Below are positions 51,476-64,000 of a DNA stretch of 64,000 nucleotides, one piece after another. The notes below the pieces were generated by a model. The model was not told the DNA's origin. It worked only from the letters and a program-made list of their open reading frames with translations, and did not search any database. How positions within the stretch are numbered: the first letter of the stretch is position 1; each line of letters begins with the position of its first letter. The stretch is from the NCBI RefSeq assembly GCF_023055435.1, contig NW_025964001.1, positions 20,956,001-21,020,000 of the forward strand, written 5' to 3'. This stretch comes from Haliotis rufescens. Lineage: Eukaryota. The position numbers and the translations under genes are program-made.

Positions 51476-51914
51476 ACTTTCTCCAGGGTGACATAGCATT
51501 ACCTTGCATTGTTACAATAAAACAAGTGAGTCATCATGTTTTATGTAACTGTCCGTAATCTCAGAAACAACTGATGGTTCCATTAGCATACAGGCAGCTG
51601 GAAAGGCTTGTAGGACTTAACATTTGACATGCTTATGATTGCCCCTAATATACAAGACACCTTTGACATTGTTAAACATGTTAAACATTCATACCTTGTC
51701 ATTTAAATGTAACAAAAACAAATACCCATTTACATGAAGACTTCGTGACATGAATTTGTGAAGCAAACACGAGAATGTCTTGAATGTGAATAACCTGGTC
51801 TGACTTACAGTAGTAAAGCATTATCTCTCTTGACATTATTAGAGATGTGAATTAAATCTTCAAGGGTTTAGTTCGCCCACTAACATTCACATACAGCTGG
51901 TTCGTCCTCGCAAC

Positions 51915-53150
51915 AATTCGTCCATAGATTGAGACATTCAAACACAACAAATCGTCCACGGAGACATTCACATTACAAAATCGTCCACAGACTGAGACAT
52001 ACATACACAACAATCGTCCACAGACTGAGACATTCACACACAACAATCGTCCACAGACTGAGACATACATACACAACAATCGTCCACAGACTGAGACATT
52101 CACACACAACAAATCGTCCACAGAGACATTCACATTACAAAATCGTCCACGGACTGAGACATACATACACAACAATCGTCCACCGAGAGAGATATTCACA
52201 CACAACAATCGTCCACAGACAGACATTCACACACAACAATCGTCCACAGACAGAGACATTAACACACAACAATCGTCCACAGACAGAGACATTCACACAC
52301 AACAATCGTCCACAGACAGAGACATTCACACACAACAATCGTCCACAGACAGAGACATTCACACACAACAATCGTCCACAGACAGAGACATTCATACTGC
52401 AACATTTTTCCACAGACAGAGACATTCACAAACAACAATCGTCCACAGACAGAGACATTCACACACAACAATCGTCCACAGACAGAGACATTCACACACA
52501 ACAATCGTCCACAGACAGAGACATTCATACTGCAACATTTTTCCACAGACAGAGACATTCAAATACAACATTCGTCCACAGACAGACATTCACCTACAAC
52601 AATTCGTCCACAGACAGAGACATTCACACACAACAATTCGTCCACAGACAGAGACATTCACACACAACAATTCGTCCACAGACAGAGACATTAACACACA
52701 ACAATCGTCCACAGACAGAGACATTAACACACAACAATCGTCCACAGACACAGACATTCACACACAACAATTCGTCCACAGACAGAGACATTCACACACA
52801 ACAATCGTCGACAGACAGAGACATTCATACTGCAACATTTTTTCCACAGACAGAGACATTCACAAACAACAATCGTCCACAGACAGAGACATTAACACAC
52901 AACAATCGTCCACAGACAGAGACATTAACACACAACAATCGTCCACAGACAGAGACATTCACACACAACAATCGTCCACAGACACAGACATTCACACACA
53001 ACAATTCGTCCACAGACAGAGACATTCACACACAACAATCGTCCACAGACAGAGACATTCACACACAACAATCGTCCACAGACAGAGACATTCACACACA
53101 ACAATCGTCCACAGACAGAGACATTCACACTGCAAAATTTTCCACAGACC
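51915..53150 (-). repeat. 33-34-bp minisatellite array, inverted relative of the 50085 array
   Basis: Unit acaatcgtccacagacagagacattcacacaca; its reverse complement is tgtgtgtgaatgtctctgtctgtggacgattgt. Confidence 0.95.
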
Positions 53151-53368
53151 GAGGCAGTCGCATTACCTTGTGCCAACATGATTTAAAACACATTTGCGTA
53201 GATTGGTTGTTTTTAGAGATTCGAGTCTGGCGGTCAAGATATGAAATAATTTTGGCATTGCAATGTATTTTAATAACAATTTGTAAGAAAAACTGTTTTG
53301 TAATTTTGGGAAATACCGTTTCTTTCGTATTATACTCAAAGAGAGTGTGTGTATAGAAATAATATTAT

Positions 53369-53546
53369 TACAGTAAACCACGGTTATAACGAACTCAAAG
53401 GGACCACTAATTTTAGTTCGTAATAACCGTAGTTCGTTATAAGCATATCTACAACATAATTACAACAAATGCCGGGACTAAAAGATATGTTCGTTATATA
53501 GGTCAGCTCGTTATAAGCGTGTTCGTAATAAACGTAGTTTACTGTA
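53369..53546. mobile_element. Tigger-like MITE
   Basis: Ends TACAGTAAACCACGGTTATAACGAAC / GTTCGTAATAAACGTAGTTTACTGTA; internal GTTCGTTATA repeats. Confidence 0.75.
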
Positions 53547-53744
53547 CATCTAAACGTAAGGTCCGAACGCCTAATCCCAAGCTCCCATCATAATATCAGA
53601 TGGTCAGTCATTATCGTTACCAGTTCACACTGTTATTTCTGCAATGATAGACCATTTCTAGGCAAAGTGTTTGCAAAAGGATTGTGCATATTGTCCATTT
53701 CTTTTCCCCATATTTGTTCATATACGACCGTCGGTAGTTGGTAG

Positions 53745-54215
53745 ATACTATAGGTATGTATACATAAGGCCCGTAATAGACCTCAACAACTAGATTACAT
53801 CCAGATCACGAGAACACATATCTTTGGTGTCTACATTGCACAACTTTTGAGGTACAGTCGAGCATGCTATGAAGGTTTCAAAGAGCGTTACACAACTCTT
53901 GTTCAAAAGTTGTTTGAGCAGGGTTATAAAATGCAAGGCGTCCGTCAAGCTTTCTAAGGGTTTTGTGGTGGACATGTGGAGGACATTTCCGAATTTGACT
54001 CATCAGTGACGAAAAAGATGTCCGATTCAATTTCCTTTTTTGACTTGTACCAAATATCCCCTTGTTTTTGTTTTTTCTTAATTAACTTACCTTTGCATGC
54101 CACCGATGGGGCAATATACGCTCACCTTTTCGCGAAAACCTGTCATCATCACTATTTGATAGTGATTCATAAACACATTTTCATGATAAAGTCGGATTTG
54201 TACAATCGATAATTG
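53745..54215 (+). mobile_element. Penelope-like element fragment (RT C-terminus plus conserved downstream motif)
   Basis: FGVYIAQLLRYSRAC..F..R..TLVQKLFEQGY matches PLE RT C-termini. Related copies at 56770-57245, 49020-49290 and 58090-58200. Confidence 0.7.
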
Positions 54216-54247
54216 TACACTTAACAGAGATTTCTTATGTTAATGGA

Positions 54248-54530
54248 GTGATTGAGTGAGGGAGTTGGGTTCAACGCCATTTTTAACAATATTCCAGCTA
54301 TATCGCGGCTTGTCAGCTTAATGTGGGAGGAAAGCCCGAAGTGATGCAGGTCACAGACGTTTACCGCTTCTGGGAAACCAACGAGCACGGGTGTGGTGCT
54401 GACAAACCTAGAAACATAATCGAGGCGAACCGGGATTCGAACCCACAATCATAGGTTTCTGGCGCGCCCAAGGGACGCAACTCTGCACAGCTAATCGCGG
54501 CGCCTTAGACGACTGGGCCACCCGTGCCCC
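54248..54530 (-). mobile_element. SINE family B, full length
   Basis: Matches 2501-2786; TSD tatgttaatgga. Confidence 0.9.
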
Positions 54531-55713
54531 CTATGTTAATGGAAAGGGTTGTGTCGATTTTATTATTATTGTGATTATTGAAATGGTTCTGTTTATTGTT
54601 GTGATTATGGAAATGATTTTGTCTCTTTTATTTATATCACGTATATGTTGTTGAAAGCTTGAAAGTTTCATATATATTTTTCTTTTGACATATGTTAACA
54701 AAGCACACATCATTACAACATGTTAATATCATAATGTCATGACTCATTTCAATTCCTCTTGGTTGGCGGTCAGGGTCCGCGCATGTTCAATTTTCGGAAT
54801 GCAATGTTTCATTGGTCCATTGTCACAAGTGAGAAGATTGTGTCGGGTGCATGAACGCACATGTACATGCGCGTCATCATCGTCGTGTCGTGATATAAAG
54901 GCAATATTGAATTGATTTTGTATTGAGACCTGATATTTTTTAAATTAAAACTAGGAGCCAAAATATTTGTTGCTGAAAAAAACAAAGCAAAAATGTAACT
55001 TTCCTTGAAGACAACTTATTTTTTTCCAACAATAAGAAGTATATATTTTTTTCAAGAAGTTTCGAGAACGATTTATTTTGTTCGATAACGCCCCCTCCCC
55101 CGGATAACCAATTGTCTCCCACTCCCACCGTTGAATTTCCTTCCAGTTCATTACCTCTCCTGATGCTGGTATTATCGGTCTGTCTTTCCGGTTCTACACA
55201 CCTAAGTTTAATACAACGAAATACATCTGTTGCCCGCGTTTGGTTCACTTTCTTTATCATATTCTTCCCATATCTGAGTTCAATATGAACTATGAAAACT
55301 CATTGTTCCCTCAAAATTATCCATCTGCCCATCCATGCATATATTCTGTAGATATTCATGCGATTGGAGCGATACTGACGAAGTAGAATATCTCTTGTCC
55401 ATATCGAAAAAGACTAACGATCGAGATCGTGATACAACTGAAGTACAGTTGAATTTATTGTTGAGTAATTGTCCAGGCATATCACGGAAGAGGCACTCCA
55501 GAAATGGCCTTTACCCTTTGTGGCCCAAGTTGGGAATTGAGCCCGGACCTACTGTGTGACGAGCAAAAGCTTTAACTACTAGGCTTTCCAACTGAATCTC
55601 GAAGCAACTGCGTTAAACCAACACCCAGTTTCATAAAACAGAGAGGAGCTAGTTTACAATGCACAACAGGGTCTATCTGATAACATCCTCTATTATTCGG
55701 TGTATTATTCGAA

Positions 55714-55950
55714 CGTAAGATCCGGGGTAGAATAGGTCTTCAGCAACCCGTTCTTGTCGTAAAAGGCGACTATTCTTGTCGCAGGAGGCGACCAATGGGA
55801 TCGGGTGGTCAGGCTCGCTGACTTGGTTGATGCATGTCATCCTATCCCAATTGCGTAGATCGATGCTCATGATGTTAATCGCTGGATTGTCTGGTACAGA
55901 CCACCTTCATATAGCTGGAATAGAGCTGAGTGCAGCGTTAAACAACAAAG
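55714..55950 (+). mobile_element. SINE-like family C
   Basis: Family consensus match; shares 5' flank and diagnostic bases with the 41905 copy. Confidence 0.85.
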
Positions 55951-56403
55951 AAAGAAAGAACAAACAAACAGTATGTTATTCTATTTTGATAAATACCCTG
56001 GATCCATTCGCTTCCTTAACTTCGTTTCATTTTGGACAGTTATAGTTGCAAACGAGTCCAGTGTTATTTCATGCTTCATACAGAGTGGAGCTATACACCA
56101 CCGAATGGAGGGGTCCGTTCAGTGTGTCTCCTGGGATCATGAGAGAGTGAGTTAGGAAGTGCGTGAATTGTGGTTTCCTCCGCAGTCCCTTCATGGTTGC
56201 ATGTAGTCGAGTCTAGATCAGACAAACCCTTATCCGGGTGTTTTAGCACCGATCCGCGCACACAGTCGGACACATCATGGTTGAGAGTGAGTCTTTCCTG
56301 GTTGTGGCCATCATGGCTCAACATATTGCACACCATATTGCAATTGCAATGCATTGCAATGTTGGCATGTGTACAACACTCCACACTTGTTCTTATTCAC
56401 ATC

Positions 56404-56757
56404 GACCGCCTCCGTGGTCCAGTGGTAGAGCGTCCGCCCGGAGAGCGGAAGGCCCGGGGTTCGATCCCCGGCCGCGTCATACCAAAAGACGTTAAAAGAT
56501 GGTACTTGTTGTTACCCTGTCTGGCGCTCGGCATTAAGGGGATAAAACAAGGACTGGTCGGCTCGGAGTCAGTATACTGTGTCTGAGTGGGGTATTAATG
56601 TTAAACTGCGGCATGGTATCTCAGTGTGCTAGCACTAGAAATCGGCTTCAGTCCGGACTAGTACAAGCAGCCACACAAACACACACACGTACATGCGCGT
56701 CGCTATATAAGTGCAATAATCTTGGACGCGACGTTAAACCCCATTTCACCTCACCTC
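56404..56757 (+). mobile_element. tRNA-headed SINE family D (central domain resembles the MetaSINE core)
   Basis: A-box GTGGTCCAGTGGTAGAGCG, B-box GGTTCGATCCCC, core GTCATACCAAAAGACGTTAAAAGATGGTAC, CGTTAAAC tail, TSD ttcacatc. Truncated copy at 37733-37840. Confidence 0.8.
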
Positions 56758-56769
56758 TTCTTCACATCC

Positions 56770-57245
56770 ATTGAGAACATCATCCTGAACATCTTGCAAC
56801 ATGGAAATCGGCGCTTACATACCATATACCACTGGATACAAGACGCAACGTAATTGTTGTAGTCCACGCTGTAGGTTTACAGCGGTCGTCGTTTATTCGA
56901 TGCTCTTGAATCTGGAGTGCCGATTCTATGGATGTTGCCATATTTCTATGGACATACGACTCTTGCTCAAAAGTTGTTTTATCAGGGTTACAACATTCAA
57001 GGTCTCAGTAAAGGTACCAAAAGAGCGCCCGATGCAATCCTTGACTTGTACCATACGTTCCCGTGTTATTTTTAGGTGAACAGTTGACTTGATTTTGCAT
57101 GACTTTTGTTTTGTGTTTGTGGCGGGTGCCACCGATGGGCAGGCTACGCTGACCTTTTCGCGAACACCTGGTGTCATCACTATTTGATAGGGATGCATGG
57201 ACACGTGTTCATGACATGGTCGGAATTGTACAATCGACCCTGCTT
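56770..57245 (+). mobile_element. Penelope-like element fragment
   Basis: LAQKLFYQGY peptide and the shared motif gccaccgatggg...cttttcgcgaacacctgg. Confidence 0.65.
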
Positions 57246-57264
57246 TTGGCAGAAACATCTTATG

Positions 57265-57530
57265 ATTTGTTTGTTTGATGTTTAACGCCACACTCAGCAA
57301 TATTCCTGCTATGTGACGGCGGTTTGTAAATAATCGAGTTTGGAACAGACAATTCTCTGATTGATATCATAAGCATCGATCCACGCAATTGGGTACGATG
57401 ACATGCGTCAACCAAGTCAGCGAGCCTGACCATCCGATCCCGTTAGTCGCCTCTCGCGACAAGCACAGTCGCCTTCTAGGGCAAGCATGGGTTGCTGAAG
57501 ACCTATTCTAACCTCGGATCTTCACGGGTT
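57265..57530 (-). mobile_element. SINE-like family C
   Basis: Family consensus match. Confidence 0.85.
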
Positions 57531-59069
57531 GAATTCTAATGGATATGGAAGAGCCTGTTATTTCTATGGAGTTAGCCAATACGTATAACTGAGGGAGAGA
57601 CCGTAAACTCACTGCAACATTACAAACAATGCATGTACGTTTGTATTAATATACACGTGGGGGTGTAGCGTATGTCTTTATTTTATCCTAAATATCGATG
57701 TCATTGCCAGAGATGTTAGATTCTCGCACATCATATGGCATAACACATTACCAAAACCAATAGAAACGCGTAATTGAAAACTGAAGTGGCATATTAAGAC
57801 ATAATCCATTTGAAATCACGTTACATAATATGAATGACAGAAGGCGTCCCTGCGTTCTGGTGCAAAGCATTGTTGTCCTCTTCAAATGTAAAAAGAAAAT
57901 TATGAATTTTTCAAAATATATTGCAATCTTGGATTATAAAACTAGCTGTTCTTAATGATTCCTCCCATCTTAATGCTGACTGCATTGGTTGAACAAAGTA
58001 AATGTTCTTGTACCATGGTTCGTGGGTCAATTAGAAAAGATTAATCTGATCCAATCCGCAGGTTTTGGCTATGGTATTGCAATACGTTTAGACGTCACAA
58101 TGGCAGTAGAACGGGACCTATCTTTGAACATTTCTTTGGGGCCAGCGGTGGAACAGGATACGCTCGCCATTTCGCGAACACCTGGTATCATCATAGAAAG
58201 TGATTCATGGTCATATGCTCTGCTTTTAGCAGAGATTTCTTGTGAATATGGAAAGGGTTTTGTCGTTTCTATTTAAACCTATATTCTCTACTGAAAACTT
58301 ACAGAAATGAGTAACTTTGGGAATATTTAGCTATGACATTGATCCCCGTTTTAAAAATGTCTAAGATACTACCCATACCTCTTGGGAAGTTGAGTCATAC
58401 CATATGATGCTAAGAAGCAATGGGGAGAGGGTTCAAACAACTATTGCCGTGAAACAGCTACAAAACATGTCATTAGATTATCGATTTCGGGTTTTTTATT
58501 TCAATAGAGGTATGTCATTTTGTAAACAACATTAAATGTGTCATAAACATTCAGAACTGATACGATTTAGAAAATGACTATTTTATATGGAAATATATGA
58601 TAAACGATGCTTAGGTTTTCGTCAGGTGTATACATGGTTAACGCCAATCACACACTTATATATTATTATTAATATTATCGATCAACCTTACAGGTGTCAG
58701 TACCAACGCAACGTCGTTTATCTTTATTCAACAAAATAGAGTAGACAACGTTCGGTGAATGTATTTTATCTCTAATATTTAGCTGAAATACAACACTGTT
58801 ATACCTATAAACAAAACTTGCCATTGCAACAGTACCAAGATAGTTGCAGATGAAACAGTTTCTTAACACTTTAATAATCAACTCACCTTGCAGCAAGTTC
58901 GGTTGGGATTTATGAACAATATTATGAGGTTCACAAAGACGACAATTCCACTACTGTCATGGAGTGAGATACACATGTTTAATGCGTCTTTAACATGTTA
59001 AACAGTTACTACCGAAAGGCAGCTGTCAGTTGGCAGACGAGGGTAAAATCTAATTTCCAGCATCGCGAT

Positions 59070-59553
59070 ACAACGCCCAACAGCCAATGAAAAATATATT
59101 CCTTGAGGGAGGCGGGCACACCGCTCAAGTGGGTTGAGTACAATTGCCGATAGGTGTCGCTGGCAACAGTAGCAGACGGCTCTCTCTGACAGCGATACAA
59201 TGTGTTGTGTTCTGAGCTCTACCAATGGAGGGACCGTGTCAACTACGGGATAACGCTTTTAATAGGTGTTTGTGAAATAATTAGTGACGATTGTATCGAT
59301 CATGGGGTCATGATTCGTTTAATCGCACTTGTTTCAGTCGCTGCCGAAGCGAGCAGTGTGTGATATACCCGCGTGGTAGCAGACAGTCGCAGTTTGTTTA
59401 CACTTTCCAACTTTTAAAACTTTTACCTCGCTGTTTAGAATCCAACTTGACCATGAATGAACAGTCATATTTCCACTGGGAGTTGCTACGTCAGCCTATC
59501 CAGGCACCTGGTTTCGGGATGGGCTCTGGCTTTTTCGACGTTGGGAGGTAAGT
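59070..59553 (+). promoter_or_regulatory. Possible promoter and first exon
   Basis: AGCCAATGA (CCAAT box) at about 59082, GGGAGGCGGGC (GC box) at about 59107, a CpG-richer stretch, and a strong donor GAG|GTAAGT at about 59547. Confidence 0.4.
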
Positions 59554-62439
59554 TAGTTTAGCATTTGTCAAAATTCACCTCGAGGAACATGTCAACTGCT
59601 GTCTGTTCACAGATGTTATAAGCATAATAATGCCATGCAACACGTTAAAACACTAGTTTTACTGAATACAATCTATGGATAAAACAAATATGTTTATATA
59701 AATATTTTGGATACCTTATTATGATAAAAGTTAAGTATACATTATCCTTGTATTCAACTATCAAATAATTAGTGGGTATTCATTTTTGTGTGAAAGAGGA
59801 CATGTTAAAAATATGACTCCCCAAAATAACAACTCGACTCGGTCTGTTAGCTGGATATAATAACTCATATATTGTTCACCTCCTTATACAATGTACGTAA
59901 TGGTAAGTAGTTTCATAAGGGGCGTTTTTCTTACTGATTACGACACTAATCGACACCATCGATTACTTCAAGAAATCGCATGTATTTCGTTCTGTCATAA
60001 CTGTCTTCTATGAAGTGAACGCGAGTACAGTATGTCAGAATTAATAACTGATTTATATTCTTTTAAGTATCAGTTTTTAAGTAAAGGGGATATTTAATTC
60101 TTTAGTAACTTTTCAAATACGTGTGTATTTGTTATATTTTACATATTAATTAAGCATATATACAAAAGTTAAAACATCTGTAATATTTAATCATGAACCA
60201 TTTAACAACGCCGCTCAATACAATCGCCTGTGGGCAGAAGTCATATATTATCTTGAATAATGAGGATTCTTTTGATGTAGCAAGTGCCAGCTTCCGAGAA
60301 TGTCATCACATGTATGTTACTTATAAAAATGTAGGACAGCCTAGGGCTAATTTTGCTGACGTTTTAATATCTTAACATCCAGGGAAATATCTGTATGAAA
60401 TTCTATGTAAGTTAAACATTGTTGTTGGACAACCCTTTAAAGATATCACGCCTATGTGTTCTGATAATGGCATTTTCGGTGAAACCTGTCCACAGACGAA
60501 ATAGCAACAGTGACTCAAGAACAAGATCTAATAAAATTATCAAGAGAAAACCAACGTATCACCAAACTCCACTTGGCGTTACAATATTTTGTTCTTTCAT
60601 TTCTCTATTAGAATTAACACAGAAACGTATTGCTAATGAAGGCGTTTAAGGTACAAATTCAACAGGGCTGTTAAGAATTGATATATAAAAAAAGGTGCAA
60701 TGAAAATAAAAATGACAACGTGTTATTTGAACACATTTAAGAATGTTATATTTCGGGTAACACCTTCTTAGTTAAGTACGGATGCTCGTACTTTTTTTGG
60801 TTGAGTCCCCTCGGGGGTTCGACGTGTTATTTCTGATGTAAATTTCCTTGCTGCCCAGGGTAAAAAAAGTAAATTAATATCCTTTTAATGCATTTTTCAC
60901 TTAAAGCAATGATGATGTGTCAGCACACCTGTGAGATGGAGGTTCTCTGCTGTGATAAATGTAAACACAATGTGAGTTATTACTACATGCACGTGATGGG
61001 TTCGTTATGAATCACATGCAAGATAGGACACATGTGTGTGACTTTCACACTTTCTTTGTCACTTCTGCAGTAGAACCCATGGACATCTATCGCCATAACG
61101 CTGTGCAATGCAACAAAATTATGCATTTTACGAACAAACTGACATATATCCTCATAATATGTCACATTTCAACAAAATTATGCATTTGCATTGAAATGTG
61201 AAGTATTATGGAGATGGATATCAGTAGTTTTCTCCACAGGGGCGACAAAGGCGGTGTGAAAGTCACATCGCAGGACAAGATATAGCGGGGACAAGGGGAG
61301 GAGGTGACACAGGGGAGACTCCGAGAAACATCTCAAGTCACCTTACATATATTCTCATACATGCGACACATTGTTACTGTATTGCCGAGACGCCGGTAAC
61401 TGTTAAACCTGTAAGAAGCAAACACACTAGCAACGTTTGTCAGTTATAAAATCAACCACGGAGAAATAATAGTACTTTTACAATTACTCTGGTTTCTGAA
61501 AATAAGATAGGTGAATTAATAGGGTAAACCTATAACACATCATTTTCAAAATATATATATATATATATATATAAGTAAACAGTAACAAAAATGTATACAC
61601 GTCAGTATATTACACACATTAAATTTTAGATTTATTTCAGGAACATATTGAGGAAAAACCGTTTGCATTCAAATTTATTAATGACATTCTACAGAATATA
61701 TATGCAGGTAAAAAGCTGCTTCCGCCGGGTTATGAGCAAAACTGTCAGTGTCAGGTTATATGTAAATCAATAAACAATTTCCCGATTGTTTCTAAATCCC
61801 GCCTTTAGTTACTTAACAAGTATTGTTTCGTATGAGAAAAATGTAACATGTATTGCGGAAACTAAAAATTATTAAAGTCATATGTCATCCTCACACGGTC
61901 CTCAAAAACAAATGATTCCATATGAACAGCACACTTGTTGTTTACTGTAATTATACAAGGGGTGCCCGGAGGGGCTAAACGTTAAGGTATAAAACGAGAG
62001 CTCCAAGAAAATTTATCACCTGTTTCACTAGCATATCTTAACATGTTAAATGGTTTCGTTTTGAAAAGAAATGAATCATATGGTTTAAAATGTAGTATTA
62101 GGAACTGACGCCAGCAACACGGGAGCAGTTGTTTTGTGTAAACTCTTAGGTTAATTAATTCAAATTGTCTCAGATCTCAACGGGATAATTATACCTGTGT
62201 TTGATCATTAAATTTAATAATCCCTCCACGTGCATTAATCACAGCGTTACCGCGATAATTGGACGACGTGCAATGCTCAGTATAAGATGTCAGCACTTTA
62301 TATACAACTATAGATATCTGCATTTATTAATTTTCCTGACTATCTTAAAAGGTTTGATTTAAAAAATAAACTGTTTGCAAGTTTTAATTTATGATTTTCT
62401 GCTAGTTAAGAAAGATAATATGTTATTGCAGTGACTGAC

Positions 62440-62607
62440 AAAAAGAGGATATATACATACTATTTAGTATGTATATAGTTATGGAATAAAAGAGGATATA
62501 TACTAGTAGGTATATAGTTATGGAATAACAGAGGATATATACTATAATGTATATAGTTATGGAATAAAAGAGAATATATACTAGTATGTATATAATTATG
62601 GGATAAA
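62440..62607. repeat. About 39-bp tandem repeat, about 4 copies
   Basis: Unit agaggatatatactagtatgtatatagttatggaataaa. Confidence 0.8.
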
Positions 62608-63264
62608 ACGTATCTATAGGAAGCAATAACCAAGAACCGCTAACATAGTGAAAGCATTAACATGACAATATATAATTTATTCTATGATGCCTTTTTTGTG
62701 AATGTATATGAATAGATTTGACAGTGTTATATTTATTTGATTGATCATCCATCAATAAGGCTTTAGCAGCATGTTACATCTCATCACGTGTATCACTGCT
62801 TATATGATCCAATAGATTTGAAACAAATCTGCCGTGTCTCTCTTACCATGTAACCGTACGAAACTCGTACCCAAAGTTTTATTTAATAGAAAGTGGTATA
62901 TTTATATATCATGTACCAACATCATATATTGAGAAGTTATTAACACCAAATAAAACAAGCATGCAGAAACAAAGTAAGGCCCGACTGCCAGGAGTATTGC
63001 TCAGGGCATGGTTTATGATAAATCACTTGCATTCTCACACACGTTTCTGAAGGTAATATAATGAAACCTTGTATTTAAAAAGAAAGAACGGTTATGAGAA
63101 CTTATTGCTGATTGATTGCAATTGACTCGATGGTAAGTAATGCTGTTCCGTTAAATATATGATAATGTATAACCTATAATTTGTCACATTTCATCGGAAA
63201 CAAAACGCGTCAAACACTATGAGTAACTATGCAAAAACTCAGGCGCTTGGGAGTTTCCAAATTG

Positions 63265-63478
63265 TCAACCTATTCCGATGTGGAGTTTGGAGTATAAAAT
63301 GCGAAACTTTGTGTTTACTGAGCGCGGGTTTGCAAATAGTGTCGTGATTCCGTGAGCGGTTGACATGTCGGCGTTGAGCTCCCTCTCAGCGAGGCTCCGT
63401 CCCCGCTCTCCGTGGAGGGACGACGAGGGCTTCAGTCGCCTTTGGTTGTAAGACACTTGGTCGTCCACCGTCCGCTCT
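63265..63478 (-). CDS. Possible terminal coding exon of a gene entering from the right, unidentified
   Basis: GC-rich open frame ERTVDDQVSYNQRRLK...LHIGIG* abutting the gap, followed on the minus strand by long AT-rich UTR-like sequence. The frame is uncertain. Confidence 0.3.
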
Positions 63479-63625
63479 NNNNNNNNNNNNNNNNNNNNNN
63501 NNNNNNNNNNNNNNNNNNNNNNNNNNNNNNNNNNNNNNNNNNNNNNNNNNNNNNNNNNNNNNNNNNNNNNNNNNNNNNNNNNNNNNNNNNNNNNNNNNNN
63601 NNNNNNNNNNNNNNNNNNNNNNNNN
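63479..63625. other. Assembly gap (N run)
   Basis: Run of n. Confidence 1.
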
Positions 63626-64000
63626 GGAGGCCTCATTACCTTACAGGCATCATAGCTTGTCGAAGAAATAATACAATTAGGGAAAGAAATTCGGAAAAGT
63701 GAGGCGGCGTATTTGTTTGAAGGAAGAAAATTGTAATTTAAATTTGCATTTTTATCAGATAAAGTTAATGTCAGGCTGTTATTTCAGATAAAAAGTATTA
63801 TTGTATTTAAAAATGTAAAAAAGGGAGCAAAACATCTCCACATTTATTAGGTGTAATTTCACATCAACAAAAATACACACATTTACATACATTACCTAAA
63901 ACGGTGTAAATATTTTCGTGACGCACAATGAAAGTGCATATGCGTAAAAATGAAACAAGCTGTAAAAACGAGACATTTTTCATATTATTATCTAGCGTTT

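Noticed and set aside
45192-53150. CRISPR-like appearance of the regular repeats
   Set aside because: Units are contiguous with no unique spacers, there are no cas genes, and the context is eukaryotic.
51929-53356. 475-aa His/Thr/Arg-rich ORF
   Set aside because: It drifts between repeat frames of the 33-34-bp array and is not a coherent protein.

Overview
AT-rich, repeat-dense eukaryotic (invertebrate, probably molluscan; gastropod/abalone-like by inference only) genomic DNA with spliced genes, so the ORF track is mostly exon fragments or noise. Four gene models were assembled by hand from GT-AG junctions. (1) COX7A-like, minus strand, 1000-3608, 90 aa. (2) Its tandem paralogue COX7A2L/SCAF1-like, minus strand, 9048-11177, 147 aa. 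(3) An 11-exon CCDC170-like coiled-coil gene, plus strand, 11500-22033, about 840 aa, head-to-head with COX7A2L across about 320 bp. (4) An unannotated-looking 9-exon orphan gene, minus strand, 26979-32962, about 500 aa, disordered, carrying two Mad/Mxi1-type Sin3-interaction-like helices, an HCF-1-binding DHTY motif and a repeated PVDxAIxWLE helix, behind a CRE-rich promoter. The rest is mobile DNA: four SINE families sharing one 3' tail (one with a non-tRNA, pseudoknot-forming 5' head that is a ribozyme or xrRNA candidate), MITEs, a mariner relic, LINE, Gypsy and Penelope fragments, a 260-bp inverted-repeat element, two oppositely oriented related minisatellite arrays, other tandem repeats and two assembly gaps.
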